Below are positions 48,359 to 60,959 of a stretch of DNA of 64,000 nucleotides, piece by piece. The notes under the pieces are model-generated. The model saw only the letters and a program-made list of their open reading frames with translations. It made no database searches and was not told where the DNA came from. Source of the DNA: Chlorokybus atmophyticus (lineage: Eukaryota > Plantae > Mesostigma and Chlorokybus algae). Where the stretch lies: contig RHPI01000585.1 of NCBI GenBank assembly GCA_009103225.1, forward strand, positions 124,001 to 188,000, in the 5' to 3' direction. The translations under genes were made by a program, and so were the position numbers. Numbering within the stretch: position 1 is the stretch's first letter; every line of letters begins with the position of its first letter.

Positions 48359-50172
48359 TTATTTTGAGTACATTTAGCTCCGATTCTAGTGTTAACATGC
48401 GTAATGAATGCATGTGTAGCACGTGTTACATAACGTTGTGCTATGTGAATATCATTCACAATATGGCAGCTTGATTAACATGTATGATACAACAACACAA
48501 TTTTCTTTATATGATATCATGATTATTTTAAAAATATGCATTAAACAGTTCTGATGTTGTTAACAAGATCAGACATGTTCAAGGGTGAAAAAATTAAATT
48601 TGACTAAATTTATCGTGCTCGGAATATTGCAATGCTATAACCATATACACATAAGATACATTATATATTTAAACTTGCGGCACTCTTCATTTTAACCCGC
48701 CGTAATTGCAAGCTGAGGACATATGTAAAGTGAATTCAATTATGATCGCATCATGTTCATTATTGTGGTGGCACCATCGTAAATTACCGAATCTACTTTA
48801 TCAAAGTCCTCCGCATTTTATATAGTCCTCCCCCCTTATCAAGGAAGAAATGAGTTTGAAATAATGCCTTCCATTGGTTGGGGACTTTATTTGACGGGGG
48901 ACTCTGATGGAGTAAATACGGTATGTAATGGTAAGCAACAATGGTATTATTGAAGTCATAATCTCATGTCACATGTGTTTGCGCAGCATGCATGCTGCGC
49001 AAAGCATGTGCATGCTGGAATGTGTTAACGTTATATCGTGCTTTAACTCACTACATTTTATAATGTAACACTTGCATGAACCTTGACCCTTAAACACCAG
49101 TCGTGTCTTGAGCCTTACCATAATATAAATACCTATAAAGTGTCTTTAGCAAGAGTTGGGTGGTTGCCTGAGACATTATCTTTCTGGTTATTAATTATAC
49201 ATCAGCGATTGTCACATGCAAGCACATAGCCACAAACATGTATTCGAGTGATGAATGTTGAAACTCACCTACATCAACAAATAGCATTATAACACATATT
49301 CATTGCAAACAAGCAACTTACGCATAAGGGGCCCAATGCATGCACATACATCAATAGTAATCTCATCATTAGCTCAACATCGGTAACTTCAAGCTGATAA
49401 GTTAATGGCGTTGGTGGCCTGCCGCAACAGCAGTGCAGCAGCAAGTAACACAGCCGACAGAAATGCTGAGGTACACCCCAGCTTACTCTCTCTCTTCCCC
49501 TCTTTGGCTGGCACGCTTCACCTCCTTTCCCACCCCAATCGTGATAACCTTATATACAAATGCAGCAAGTGTTTTAGCGCAAGCTGGTAATGGCCAAAGT
49601 CTTTATTTCCCATTTCCAAGATGTATACAGCATCAGAACAACTCATCTGTCGCTGCTTATGCTACTTCTTTCTGGCGCAGCAAGCAGAGGGGGTGGTTGT
49701 ATGACATGGTTGCAGCATCAAGCATGCACCGTGGTGGGTTATTGAGTATGTTGCAGTTGTATATTACACTATACATCATGCTGTGCACAATTACATTTGG
49801 CTGCAGCAGTTATAATTAACAAGAATGTATACTAGTTGTCAACATACTTTTGGATTGCTAGTCAGAGTCAGAGTGACTTTCTAAGCATTTACATCCACCT
49901 GAATACCCACGCTGTCCTGTGAACATTTATCATCCCATACATGCCTACAATGCGTTGTATCTGGTAACTCGCATACACTCATATTTGCAGTCGCGCTGCA
50001 GCATATATCATGCAGCTAACACTAACCAGGAAACTGATTGCATTGCACGACACATCGATTCAATGCAGCAAAATCGCAACTGTACAGCTGTGTACAATCA
50101 ATGAGCACACCATCAACAAAACTTTCTACCAACAGTCAACAGCCTGGACTACATGCGCGCCAGCAGCATAGC

Positions 50173-51182
50173 TCACTGGCTAGACACCTTCTGCCATGAA
50201 GGGCGGCTGGAAATGCGCTCCCACCAGGCCGCCACCTGCAATACGACCAAGTTAGCAGCTGAGTATTACACGTGAAACGTAATCACTGTGCAATGGCTAA
50301 GCACAGTGATCATTCCAAACGAAGAGTTTACAGCATGTTGACACACCAGAACCACAAGGCCACAATGCTTCTTACATGCCATCAAAGCTTGGCATGTATG
50401 TACCCAACCATGCCAGCAATGCAGCCACGCACACTGGCAGAAGACATGCTTTTGTGCCGCATTGCTACTGGTGCGTGCTTAGCTGTTTTGAGGACTTACA
50501 TTGGGGCGGGCAAGGAGGGCATCGCCGGAGCCGCAGGCGAAGAGGTAGGCGGTGTAGGGGAGGTGAGACAGGTCAGCCAGGGTGAACTTGTTGCCTACAA
50601 GATACTGGTTGCCAGTCTTGGCGAAGTGAGCCTCGTAGATGTCCAGCACGCGCTCCAGCTTGGCAGTCTCAGCGTCAACCACAGCCTGGTTGGTCTGGCC
50701 GCCCATCTTTGGGAGGAAGAACTTCTGGACGACAATGCCAGAGGCGGGGGGGTTGTAGTTCGCCTGTAATCCAAGTGTATTAGAGACATGCAACTACCTT
50801 GCCACCATGACCACTGGCATTTGCATGCAACGCATAGAATGCGAATGGTCACATCGAGTGTCAGTCATGCACTGACCTGCTCAACTTCCAGCCACTGGTC
50901 AACGAGGGCCTTCTCCTCGAGGGTAGAGCCGGCAAGGTCGTCGCCGTTCTTGCTGGTGCGGATGAGGTGGCGGGCGATGGCCCTGGACTCGTACACGCGG
51001 AGGTTGCCGTCCTCCAGCACGGGGATCTGGCCGAAGGGCTGCATAGCCAGGTACTCCGGCTTCTTGTGGTCGCCCTTGCTGAGGTCAACGTTGGCGATCT
51101 CGTACTGCACGCCCAGCTCCTCCGCGACTGTCATCACCCTCCGGGTGCAGGTGCTGAAGGTGCTGCCATAGATCTTCACCAT
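50173..51182 (-). CDS. Glutathione S-transferase, Phi-like, copy 2 (3 exons, ~210 aa)
   Basis: Exons 51182-50877, 50763-50500, 50235-50173 (same sizes/phases as copy 1 for exons 1-2); GSTFSTCTRRV, QPFGQIP, YESRAI, ADLSHLPY. Confidence 0.93.
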
Positions 51183-54100
51183 CTTGACAGACGCTCAGAC
51201 AACAGCAAGCAATGCGACGACGACGGGGACTGTTACGACAACACGGACTATGACGGCGGCAACGACCAGCTCTGTTCACCTTGCTGCTGGTGACGTTAGG
51301 GCAGTAAGTATGTATAAGTTGCTGTTGTGTGTAATTGAGCTGTAACCCAAATACGATGCCGTCGAGCGTACCGTACGCTTACGTACCAACTGCGGTACTC
51401 TGCGGGTCATATTCTAGGCCATTCTGACAATCGACTCACGTAGGTTACTTTGAGGCATAGCTGCTGGCGTGACCGGTGGTATGGGGCGTTGCGCCTGCTT
51501 GATCGCCGGTTGTTGGGCGCTTTGTGCGTGGCTCGCCGGCCGAACTGAGGCTGCCCCTGTCAAATGGCTGTGCATTGAGAAGTACACGGTCTGCCAGATT
51601 GCTTATTGGCATGGTACCGTACATAATGTACCTTTCATGCGGTTGAAAAGGCTGTACAGGCTGTAGTAGCAATTAGCATCAACTATGTGACTATGTCGAT
51701 TTCAACAGCATAGTGTCCTTCCTGTAAAACCAGAACCCAGTCCGTGCTATTAGTACGGAGCTAAGCTGGCCAGTTGCTTACGGTGCTGTCAACACCGTGA
51801 TGCAGGAGTGACGCCTTTGAGATACGCTTTGAGAGGCCACGCTAGCTTGTGGCACGCAAATTGCTGCGCAAGGCGACGCAGCTTGTGTCGCGTAGATTCC
51901 GAATCTGCGGATTCTAGACCGGGACTTCCTAACTACCGTTTCATGTGATGCCCATGGACCATTGTGGCAGTTGTAGCACATGAATCATACCATACCATAC
52001 ATATTTATCCTTAAATAGAATGGTCTGCAAGCATGGTCACCTCCACAAATGGACAAGATAAAAACATTCCTCAGCCATGTGCCTTTTGATTATCGAACAG
52101 TTTCTCGTGCAAAACTGATAATAATCTTAAGTATGTGTAATAATTGCTTACATAATTATTAAAATGATGTACCCAATAACTGCATGTCATAGCATGATCC
52201 TCAACTTATAAGACTGCGACATTATTGAGTAAACGATTTTAAACACTACGTTTTCTCAATAAACGAAGTGTTAAAGTCGTTTACTTTCAATGTTTATAAG
52301 ATGCAAAACGTTGGTTTAGTATTGAATAATGGACGAGTACTTGACCTAAACAACCATGTAAGTGCAATGTAGTGTACTATTGTTCATAAGCTAATAACAA
52401 TTGAAGTCAAGAATCTTACAATTAATGAACTATTAACAACTTGAGTGGCGTATATGGTGCTACATAATGATGTGCACCACAGTGTTGCGCAAAGCCATGT
52501 TGCGCACGTGCTTCGCAGAGCCACATTTTGTATCGCATATACCAAATGAGGACAATGTATTTGGCTATTATGTTGCTAAAGAAACTTCACACCACCGTAT
52601 CATATGAGTGTTGATGGATTTCAAGCATATTTGTATTTATTAACTTAATTTGAGTTATGATCATCATATACAAATTAACCTCTACAATCGCATGTCGGTA
52701 CTGATATTAATATCTTAACTTTCTTTCCATCTCAGATGCACGCCGTGAATTTGCCAAAATCTGTCACAGTGCATAACATGCTATACGATTGCCGTATTGT
52801 TGCCATACATGTGATTAACTGTGTAACATTCGAGCTTTGTGATTTAACCAATGGGCTAGCGATTAGACTCAACATTAATGGTTAAGAACAAATTGCCAGC
52901 CCCAGGATCTACTTATGGTATACCATGTGTTACGGTATTGTTATTTTGTTATTACAAGTAGAAAGCATAGCAATTGCGTAACCGTTACACATTATAAATG
53001 CAGTTGTGACATGCCATGCCACATTTACATTTATGATGTTATAACCATATAACATCCGTCACACATACAATATACACATTAATCATAACTATAATTATAA
53101 TTATAACTGTAATTATAATTGTGCAAAGTCATGTTGGGTTGTAATGCTAGCAACTATTTGTTGCATCATGTCATGTGTGATTGCATTTTAACAACATTGC
53201 ATTTTGACAACATACGACATGTTATAGTATGTACACGTTTCAGCATGTGCATGTTCCAAGTAGTATGCAAAATAGACATTATAAACACTGCAGCATTTAC
53301 ATGTTGTAACTTCAATTGCAATACTGCATTTGATGGCTGCAACCACTTCATAATACATGTTGAACCTGATTTTCTTATGATGTTAATTCAAGAATGGCTT
53401 GCACAATCATCCATAAACAAGCCCATTGCATATGCAACAACACTGATGCGACTAGCCCAATGCATGTACATACACGAATATACATGCAGTATTAACGTTA
53501 TTGGTTTTTACTCAACTTTACATAAAGCCCATTGCATGTACAAAAACAAATCAACACTCACCACGCTAAATAAAAATGTTATAAAAATAAGTACTTACTC
53601 CATTGGTTGAGTGCATGATGGCAGGGCCATTGCTATGCTGCGTTAGGCCCTGCCATGCTACGGAATGCCCATTGTAGTTTGATAATGACAGGTCAACTTG
53701 TGGCAGGATAAGGTGCCCTGACTTTTCTCATTTTGCAATCCGGACACTTCCTGCTGCTGGCGTGCTAACTTCCACATATGGCGTCCGAATGGAATGAAAC
53801 TTGGTGAGGGCCTTTCGAACCTGCCAAGAATCAGCCTCGTTGGCTAAGAGTAAGGGCGCCAAATGCAAATAGTTTCATTTTGCTTGATTGTGCAAACATG
53901 GTTAACTTGACGTTGAGTGCTCCGGATTAGTGATTGGGTTGGCCAATGGCATTGAATTTTGGTGAGGATGTGAAGCTTAAGATGACAAATCCAATGCCAC
54001 AAACCTAGTTAATCATAATATTGAATTAATCATGAGGTTTTGACTAAAACTCCACGTAACGCATGCGCAACCTATAAATATTAACTTTGTGCATGTGTGA

Positions 54101-54779
54101 GTGTTTGGCGTGCGAGTTGCATTTAGCGTTTGTGTACAAAAAATTGAAGGTGTTTATGCAAGCACGCGGTTTGCAACCAGCAGTCCATGCTACATGTCGG
54201 GCATGCTCATGCATGGTAGTTGTACTAGCGCAACAACTATGCTCACAACCCACTTTGGTTTTACATATCCAACCACCGGTCACGCGCCTATGCTATCACA
54301 CTACCACTACTCCACCCCGTTAGACATGCATGCATGCATGTCTAGTTCGTCACCTGCCCGCATGTGCAGCTAGTTGGTCTTCAACTTCTCGATGGCAGCC
54401 AGGAGCACGAGCAGCATACGGACTCCCACTTCCACTCTCCCGTTCTCTTCACCAACACCCTCACTCCCGCCGTCCCCTGCAGTCCCGCATCTTGTTACCC
54501 TTTTTGAGGGCCCCTCCCCCCGCCCCTCTGCGCCGCCTCTCCCCCTCCCGTCACCCTCACTGCGCAGTGCGACTGTCAGCACTGCAACGTGTACTGTCGC
54601 TGTGTCGCTGCTGGCAGTTAAGTTGGGTGGTGGGTTTGTGTGTATGATATAGATAGGAGCATGAGTGATGTTAATCACTCCCCCACCATCATGGCACTGC
54701 AACAACATGCAAGTAATTGTGTGTATTAGGCATGCTATGAGTGCGAAGGTATGCATGTTGACTTTAACTTACACATTGC

Positions 54780-56360
54780 AAGTGTTGCACATGCTCTAAG
54801 GAGACCACGAAAGGCTGCAGAGATTTGGCAAATCGTTGCTACATGGCCCCGGCGGTGCAGAGACTACGTTACCAAATGGGACTTCAGCAGAAGGGTGGCA
54901 GAGGGGTTGGATAGGAGAAGGCACAAGGCTGCCACCATGAGCAATGCTTACAGGTTCTTCAACCTATACCTCCCCATGCTTCATGAGTTAGGCATCCCTG
55001 CACGCAAATTTTTTGACACGGACGAAACGGGGCTGGAGCCAGACAACCTTGGTAAGACCTATCATAACAAGTTGTTGGTGCGCAATGACTAGTGCTAAAG
55101 AATAATGTAGGCATTGTGAAGGTCTTTGCAAACTGAGGGTACAAAAACCCATATGACCGGTCGGCACCAAGGAGCACATCAGCATCATGGCATGTGTTTC
55201 GGCTGCATGAGCAAGCATGCCTCCCCTGTACATACTTAATGGGGCAGCGCAAGACACAGAAGTACTTTAAGGATGCACCCATAGGCAGCATGGTGGCCAT
55301 GCAAGAAAGTGCAGTACATGCACACATCAACCATTCATCCATGCATGCACGCATGCTAGGTGTGCATAAAAGAACGCCTACATGACGAATGATATATTTG
55401 CTGCCTAGTTCGAGCTCTTCAACTATGTTCCTGGTGGCTCCAGCCCTGTCAACCCATGCATCCTCGTCATTAATGGTCACATCAGCAGAATGCAGCTGAA
55501 CCTCATTTTTAAGAGGCTAGAGAGCATGGAGTGCACATCATCCTGCTCCCTCCTCATCTGACACGCGCCATGCAAGTGAGTGCTTAGCATGTTGCTGTGC
55601 ATACCCTGCTGCAGTCCACAATACATGTTCTTACTTGTGTTGCTGTAGGTGTTGGATGTGTCTTGCTTTCCCAGCTTCGAGATGCGTTACCATGAAGAAC
55701 ACCACAAGCACATGCTTGACATCAACCCGGACAGGATGATCACGGATGAGTTTGTGAAGCTCATAGCCAAGCCATTCATGGTGGCAATGTAATATGGCAA
55801 CATCACCAATGGATTCAAAGCATGCGGTGAGCATCAGCTGCATGCATGCACTGCACATGCATGACACACTTTAACATATGGAGATTTGGACACAACATTG
55901 CAGAGCAAGCAGGCAAAGAGCTAGTGTTGCAAGGGGAGGCACTTACCAGTGCCTGCCAGTGGCAGGAAGAGTATGGGGGTGGTGATGACAAAGAGGAGGC
56001 TTAGGAAGCACATGAGGCTGAAGAAGCACATGAGGCAGAGGTGATTGTCCCGGAGGAGGAGTTTCACAAGCTGGATGGCGCGTGCATCCTGATCTCGCAT
56101 GAGCTTGTGCGTTACCTGCAGGCCAAAGCACAACATAAGGCAGCTGCAGAGGCGGCCAAGAAAGAGTGCGCAGTTAAAGCCGCTCACAGAAAACATGAGC
56201 TGATTTAGCAGAAGGCCATGAAGGAGCATGTTTGGCTGGAGAAGGCGGCAGAGCGTAAGGCAGCCAATGCAGCCAAGGCGGCCCTAGCTGAGGAGAAGCG
56301 CTAAGCAAAGGAGGTGGCAACCAGGACCAAGGAGGAGGCTGCACTGCAAGAGCGAGCGGC
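54780..56360 (+). pseudogene. pogo/Fot1-like DDE transposase relic
   Basis: GLDRRRHKAA...FFNLY...GIPARKFFDTDETG (first catalytic D), later ITDEFVKLIAKPF...NITNGFKACG and a K/E/A-rich tail; stops, frameshifts and probable introns. Confidence 0.7.
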
Positions 56361-56523
56361 TAAGTTAGCAGAGGAGGTAGGCAGCAGGCCATGCACGATA
56401 CAGCAGCTAGACAGCATGCACACTACATGTGGCTAGCACAGAATGCACACACCTTCAACAGCCAGCCGTTCCAACTGACTACCCATATACATAGCAGTGC
56501 AATGCAAGTGCCTTACATGCATG

Positions 56524-56675
56524 TGTCGTGCCTTCCCTCATCGTGGCTCGAACTCGTCGTAAACCACCTTGTCATGCATGTCCGCATGCTATTGTACACC
56601 ATGAGACCATGTCATGCTATCTCATGCACTGCCTCTCATCACATGGTAGACACACATAGTGAAGGATGCGTGTCC
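56524..56675 (-). repeat. LTR-like repeat of G2, distal copy
   Basis: 152 bp, near-identical to 57445-57596; ends CA, starts GG instead of TG. Confidence 0.85.
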
Positions 56676-57444
56676 CCTTGCAAAAGGTAGGCAAGATGAC
56701 CACAACTTGACTTGCAATCAGCCGTTCACTTGTGTAGAGCAGTCCAAACTCAATCCTCACTCAATGTACATGCTAAGGCAGCCCATACGGTGCATCAAAG
56801 TCGCAACAGTGACACACACCCCTTCATGCACAGCAACGAACACGTGCACACACACCATACATCCAAGCATGTGCACAAGCATCCGCTCAGCCAAGAACCT
56901 CTTCCCAAAGGTGTTGCTTGCACTCCAGTAGGCCAACTTGCATCCAACCAAACTAGGAAACAAGCTAGCAAAGCCTTATATACCACCATTGAGCCCAAGC
57001 CCAACCAACTCTCCAACTACCCTAACTGTCAGTCTGCACCAGCATAGTAACAGTCATGATGGCGTTGATAAGTAACGGTAGACGGTTAGGAAAGGCTTAT
57101 CCAAGCCTATCCTCTTCAAGTACACTTCAAGACGCATCTTTTGACGCCAACCCACGGCCAAACCGCCACTCCAACTGTAAGTTATGGCTTTTTAAAGTCA
57201 CAACTCCAAAACAGCTGCGCGGGATACTATAATGACTCAAATATGCTGTCAGCTCGGTATTTGATTGTAGATACGCCTCGAACACAGCTCCCTCACGTCC
57301 ATGAGGACCCAAACATGAGTTCTCAACAAAAACCCAACACATAAACCCTGTAAAATGGCTACGAGAGCCGAAATCCAAGGTCCATCCATGCCGCCAGCCC
57401 CTAGGGCACCATGCGCATGACACTACATGCTCGCGCATGACAGC

Positions 57445-57596
57445 TGTCGTGCCTTCCCTTATCGCGGCTCGAACTCGTCGTAAACCACCTTGTCATGCAT
57501 GTCCGCATGCTATTGTACACCATGAGACCATGTCATGCTATCTTATGCACTGCCTCTCATCACATGGTAGACACACATAGTGAAAGATGCGTGTCA
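57445..57596 (-). repeat. LTR-like repeat of G2, PPT-adjacent copy (TG...CA)
   Basis: 152 bp beginning TGACACGC directly after the PPT and ending GGCACGACA. Confidence 0.88.
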
Positions 57597-57652
57597 CCAC
57601 CCCCTGCAGCTGAGCGCCAACGCCCTCGTGCGCCTTCAGCTGATTCACACGC

Positions 57653-58941
57653 TCATCGCGTAGTCCTCGTACACTCTGGACAGTACCATGCTCCATCAGG
57701 GATCTCCTCAAGTTGTGGACGAAGGCACTCCATGTGCCAACCGGCAACACACCTGTCGCATAGAAGCATGGTGTCCCAGCCCTCTGCTCGGCCACACCGT
57801 TCACAACGGTGACCCACATCTGGTATTGCCAGAGCCGGATCCACACTGTCATCCACGTTTGGCAAATGGCAAGGAGCACAGCTTTTCATGTGCTCCTTGG
57901 TGGTCCTGGCATCAGTTCGCTCCAACAACAACACACCGTTGTTGAGGAGCTTCTTCACACGAAGGATGGTGCGACTCGCACTCGTATCCAGCGTGTCCTT
58001 GGTCTTTCTCTGCAGGTACACAAAGCCACCTGGCTGAAACTTCTGCAGTCTTGGCTTGTAGAAGCCACTCCTCACCCTGGCATAGCGCAACGTGTCGCGG
58101 TGTTGCGCCACTTGCAAGTTGCCAAGTGCGATTGGCATCACACGCCGAAACAGCTCCGCACGCTTCGCCATCTCCTTCTCCCACACAGTGGGATCTTCCA
58201 AGTCAAGCTCCTGCTCACATGTCTCTGGATTGATGTTGGCAGTATAGGCTCTCTCCCATACAATAAAAAGTAGGGGCTGTTTGAGCTAAACGCAGCCTGC
58301 CGCGTCATGCGATAGCCCATCGCCAGCCATGGCAACGCCAAGTCCCAGTCTCTCTTGTTGTGGTTGAGACAGCACTTGCGAAGCCCCTTCTTCACCACCT
58401 GTACCATTCTCTCAGCAAGCCCATCGGCTTGAGGATGGTCACGGGAAGTCCTTCGATGGTCGATGAAGGCTTGCGCCAACAAGTGATCGAACTGGCCACG
58501 AAACTCGGTGCCTTGGTCAGTGAGAACCTCAGCACAAGCACCGAATCTGCTCAGTACTTGGTCAAGGAAAGCTTCAGCTACAAGCTTGCTCTCCTTCGAT
58601 GGCAGCGCCACGACCTCGACCCACTTTGAAAAGTGCTCTATCATCACGAGCACATTGCGGTTGCCTCTCTTGCTGACTTGTAGATCTCCGGCCAGATCTA
58701 CGCTCCACCGATAGAATAGTCCTTGGATAGGCAGAGGGTGCAGCTGTGGGTGCTTGGTATTGAAGCTTGCCTTCACCCTGTCGCACTCCACACAACTTGC
58801 AACAACTCCCGCCACGGTAGACTGCATGCCAGCCCACCAATATGCTGATTGCACGAGCCCAAGTGTCCTCTTGACACCAAAGTGGCCCATCTTCTCATGG
58901 AGCAGCTCCACAAGTGGCTTCCTCTCATGGTTGGGGCACAA
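57653..58941 (-). pseudogene. G2 integrase (HHCC, DDE core, C-terminal domain) + PHD finger; one frameshift near 58190
   Basis: HEKMGH...CVEC, WSVDLAG, LTDQGTEF, HPQADGLAERMV, SPYFLLYGREP; then CERC..LLCDRC..WHMECL..WYCPEC. Confidence 0.92.
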
Positions 58942-59339
58942 TCCTCACACTACCATCTGGCATCAAGCGCACAAGGTGGTCTCCCTCCCACCGATAGCGT
59001 TGCGCGCGTTGCCACACGCGATCTCGCGTCGCCGTGCTGCAACCAGCTTGGAACAGCCCGGTCTTGAGGTGAGCAAGCACTTGCTCATCCCTCCAAATGT
59101 CCTTTGAAGCCTCGGCTTCCTCCCCTTCAATGTCATTGACCGTTGGGGCTGGTGCAGCCTCCAAAGGCGGCATCGCACCATCGTTGTCGCTCTCTCCAGC
59201 TGCGTTTGCGCGCGTGGATGCGCATGCTTCCACCGAACCCGCCAACACCAGCAAAGAGGCCACACGGTAGGCCAAAACCCAGCCATGGGCATGCCATAGT
59301 CATGCCTCGCCTCACTCTCATCCAACGATGAAGGGTTTG

Positions 59340-60720
59340 GGTTCCTACTTAGCCCATCCGCGTCCATGTTGTCAACACCAGCTCGGTGTTCAATCTCAAA
59401 CTCATACTCCTGCAGTATGAGCGCCCACCTGGCATGCTTCCCTGTGAGCTTATCATTGGTCATCAACCACTTCAAGGGCTGATGGTCGGTGATAAGTGTG
59501 AAGGGACGGCCATAGAGGAACGGTCTGAAGTAAATAATGGCTCAAACTACAGCTAAACACTCCCCCTCGTAGGAGCTGTAGTTCGCCTCAGCGTTGTTGT
59601 TGCTTCGGCTGCCGTATGCGACCACGTACTCCTTCCCGTTGTCGTCATGTTGACACAACGCGGCCCAAATGCCCAACCGGCTCCAATCCGTGTGTAGGAT
59701 GAAGGGACGGTTGTACTCCGGCCATCTCAACACCGGCGCGGTGCATAGCTTCTCCTTGAGAAGCTCAAAGGTACGTCGGCACTCCTCCGACCAGCACCAG
59801 GCCTTGTCCTTCTTCAACAACTCATTCAAGGGCTTTGCAATCTTGCTACCCCTCCACGAACCTCCGATAGTAGTTCGCCAAGCCGAGAAACGCCCGTAGT
59901 CGGCTAATGTCTGTCGGTGCAGGCACTTGCACCAAGGCATCCACCTTTGCTTGCTGCACACGGACGCCATCCGGCACTATCTCATGGCCGAGATAAGGGA
60001 TGTAATCAGCTCCGAACAAGCATTTCTCCGGGTGACACCTCATGCCATTCTCGCGCACGCGCTCAAACACACGCTCCAAGTGTACAAGATGCTCCTCCAT
60101 CCTGTGGCTAAACACCAATATGTCATCGATGTAGCACCGTGCAAAGGGTAGACCACGAAGCACACGGTCCATCACGCTGAAACTTTGTAGGTGCATTCTT
60201 TAAGCCGAACGGCATGACCTTCCATTGGTGTAGCTGATCCACTCCCCAAAACGCTGTCTTGCCACGGTCCTCTGGCTTGATGGCTATCTGGTTGAAACCC
60301 TGCCTCAAGTCCACGATGGAGAACACCTTTGCACCACCGATGTCATCAAAGATGGCCTCAGGGATAGGCATAGGGTACCAATCAGCCTTGGTCTTCTCAT
60401 TCAATGGCCTATAGTCACCACACATCCTTCTTGAGGTCCAGTTTCCCTGTGCATCCTTCTTCAACGGCAACACTGTCGCCGCCGCGAAGTCCGAGGTTGA
60501 CTCCTCGATGAGTCCGGCCTCCAACGAGTCCGCACACTTCTCTGCCACAAACTCCTTCTCCACCTTGCTCAGCCAATACTGCGGACGAAAAATGGGCTCT
60601 GGAGAGGTCAACACAATGTCCATTGTGTAGAAGTTGCAGACTCCCAACTCCTTGGTAAAATAGGCGAAGCAGTCACGCTTGCGCGCCAGCAATGCCTCAA
60701 GCCACTCACGCTCATGTGGT
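59340..60720 (-). pseudogene. G2 reverse transcriptase + RNase H (frameshifted)
   Basis: KKDAQGNWTSRRMCGDYRPLN, VDLRQGFNQI, MPFGLKNAP, CYIDDIL, FLGLANYYRRF, FILHTDWS, YSSYEGECLAVV, DHQP, ADGLSR. Confidence 0.92.
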
Positions 60721-60959
60721 GTCACATGCTCGCCTATACACCACTTCATGGTCTGGTCGGTGGCCTTCTCCTGCTTCAAGGCACCATCCACAGCCGTTTT
60801 CTTGCCACTTGCAGCTGTCACAGGCGAAAAAGACACCCCCTTACTCTCCTCATGCTGTACATCATGCTCCCACCCCCTCGACAGAGGCGCAGGCTCCCGA
60901 CGCGCTTGCTGTCGCATCGGCATGATGCTTGCCACCAACTCTTGTGCCGCCAAGCAGAC

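Noticed and set aside
48910-48923. GAGTAAATACGGTA resembling a pogo/Tigger-type right TIR
   Set aside because: No partner TIR seen in the window; single short motif
53119-53610. 163-aa ORF in AT-rich DNA
   Set aside because: Starts at a non-ATG codon; composition matches the surrounding non-coding DNA; no motifs
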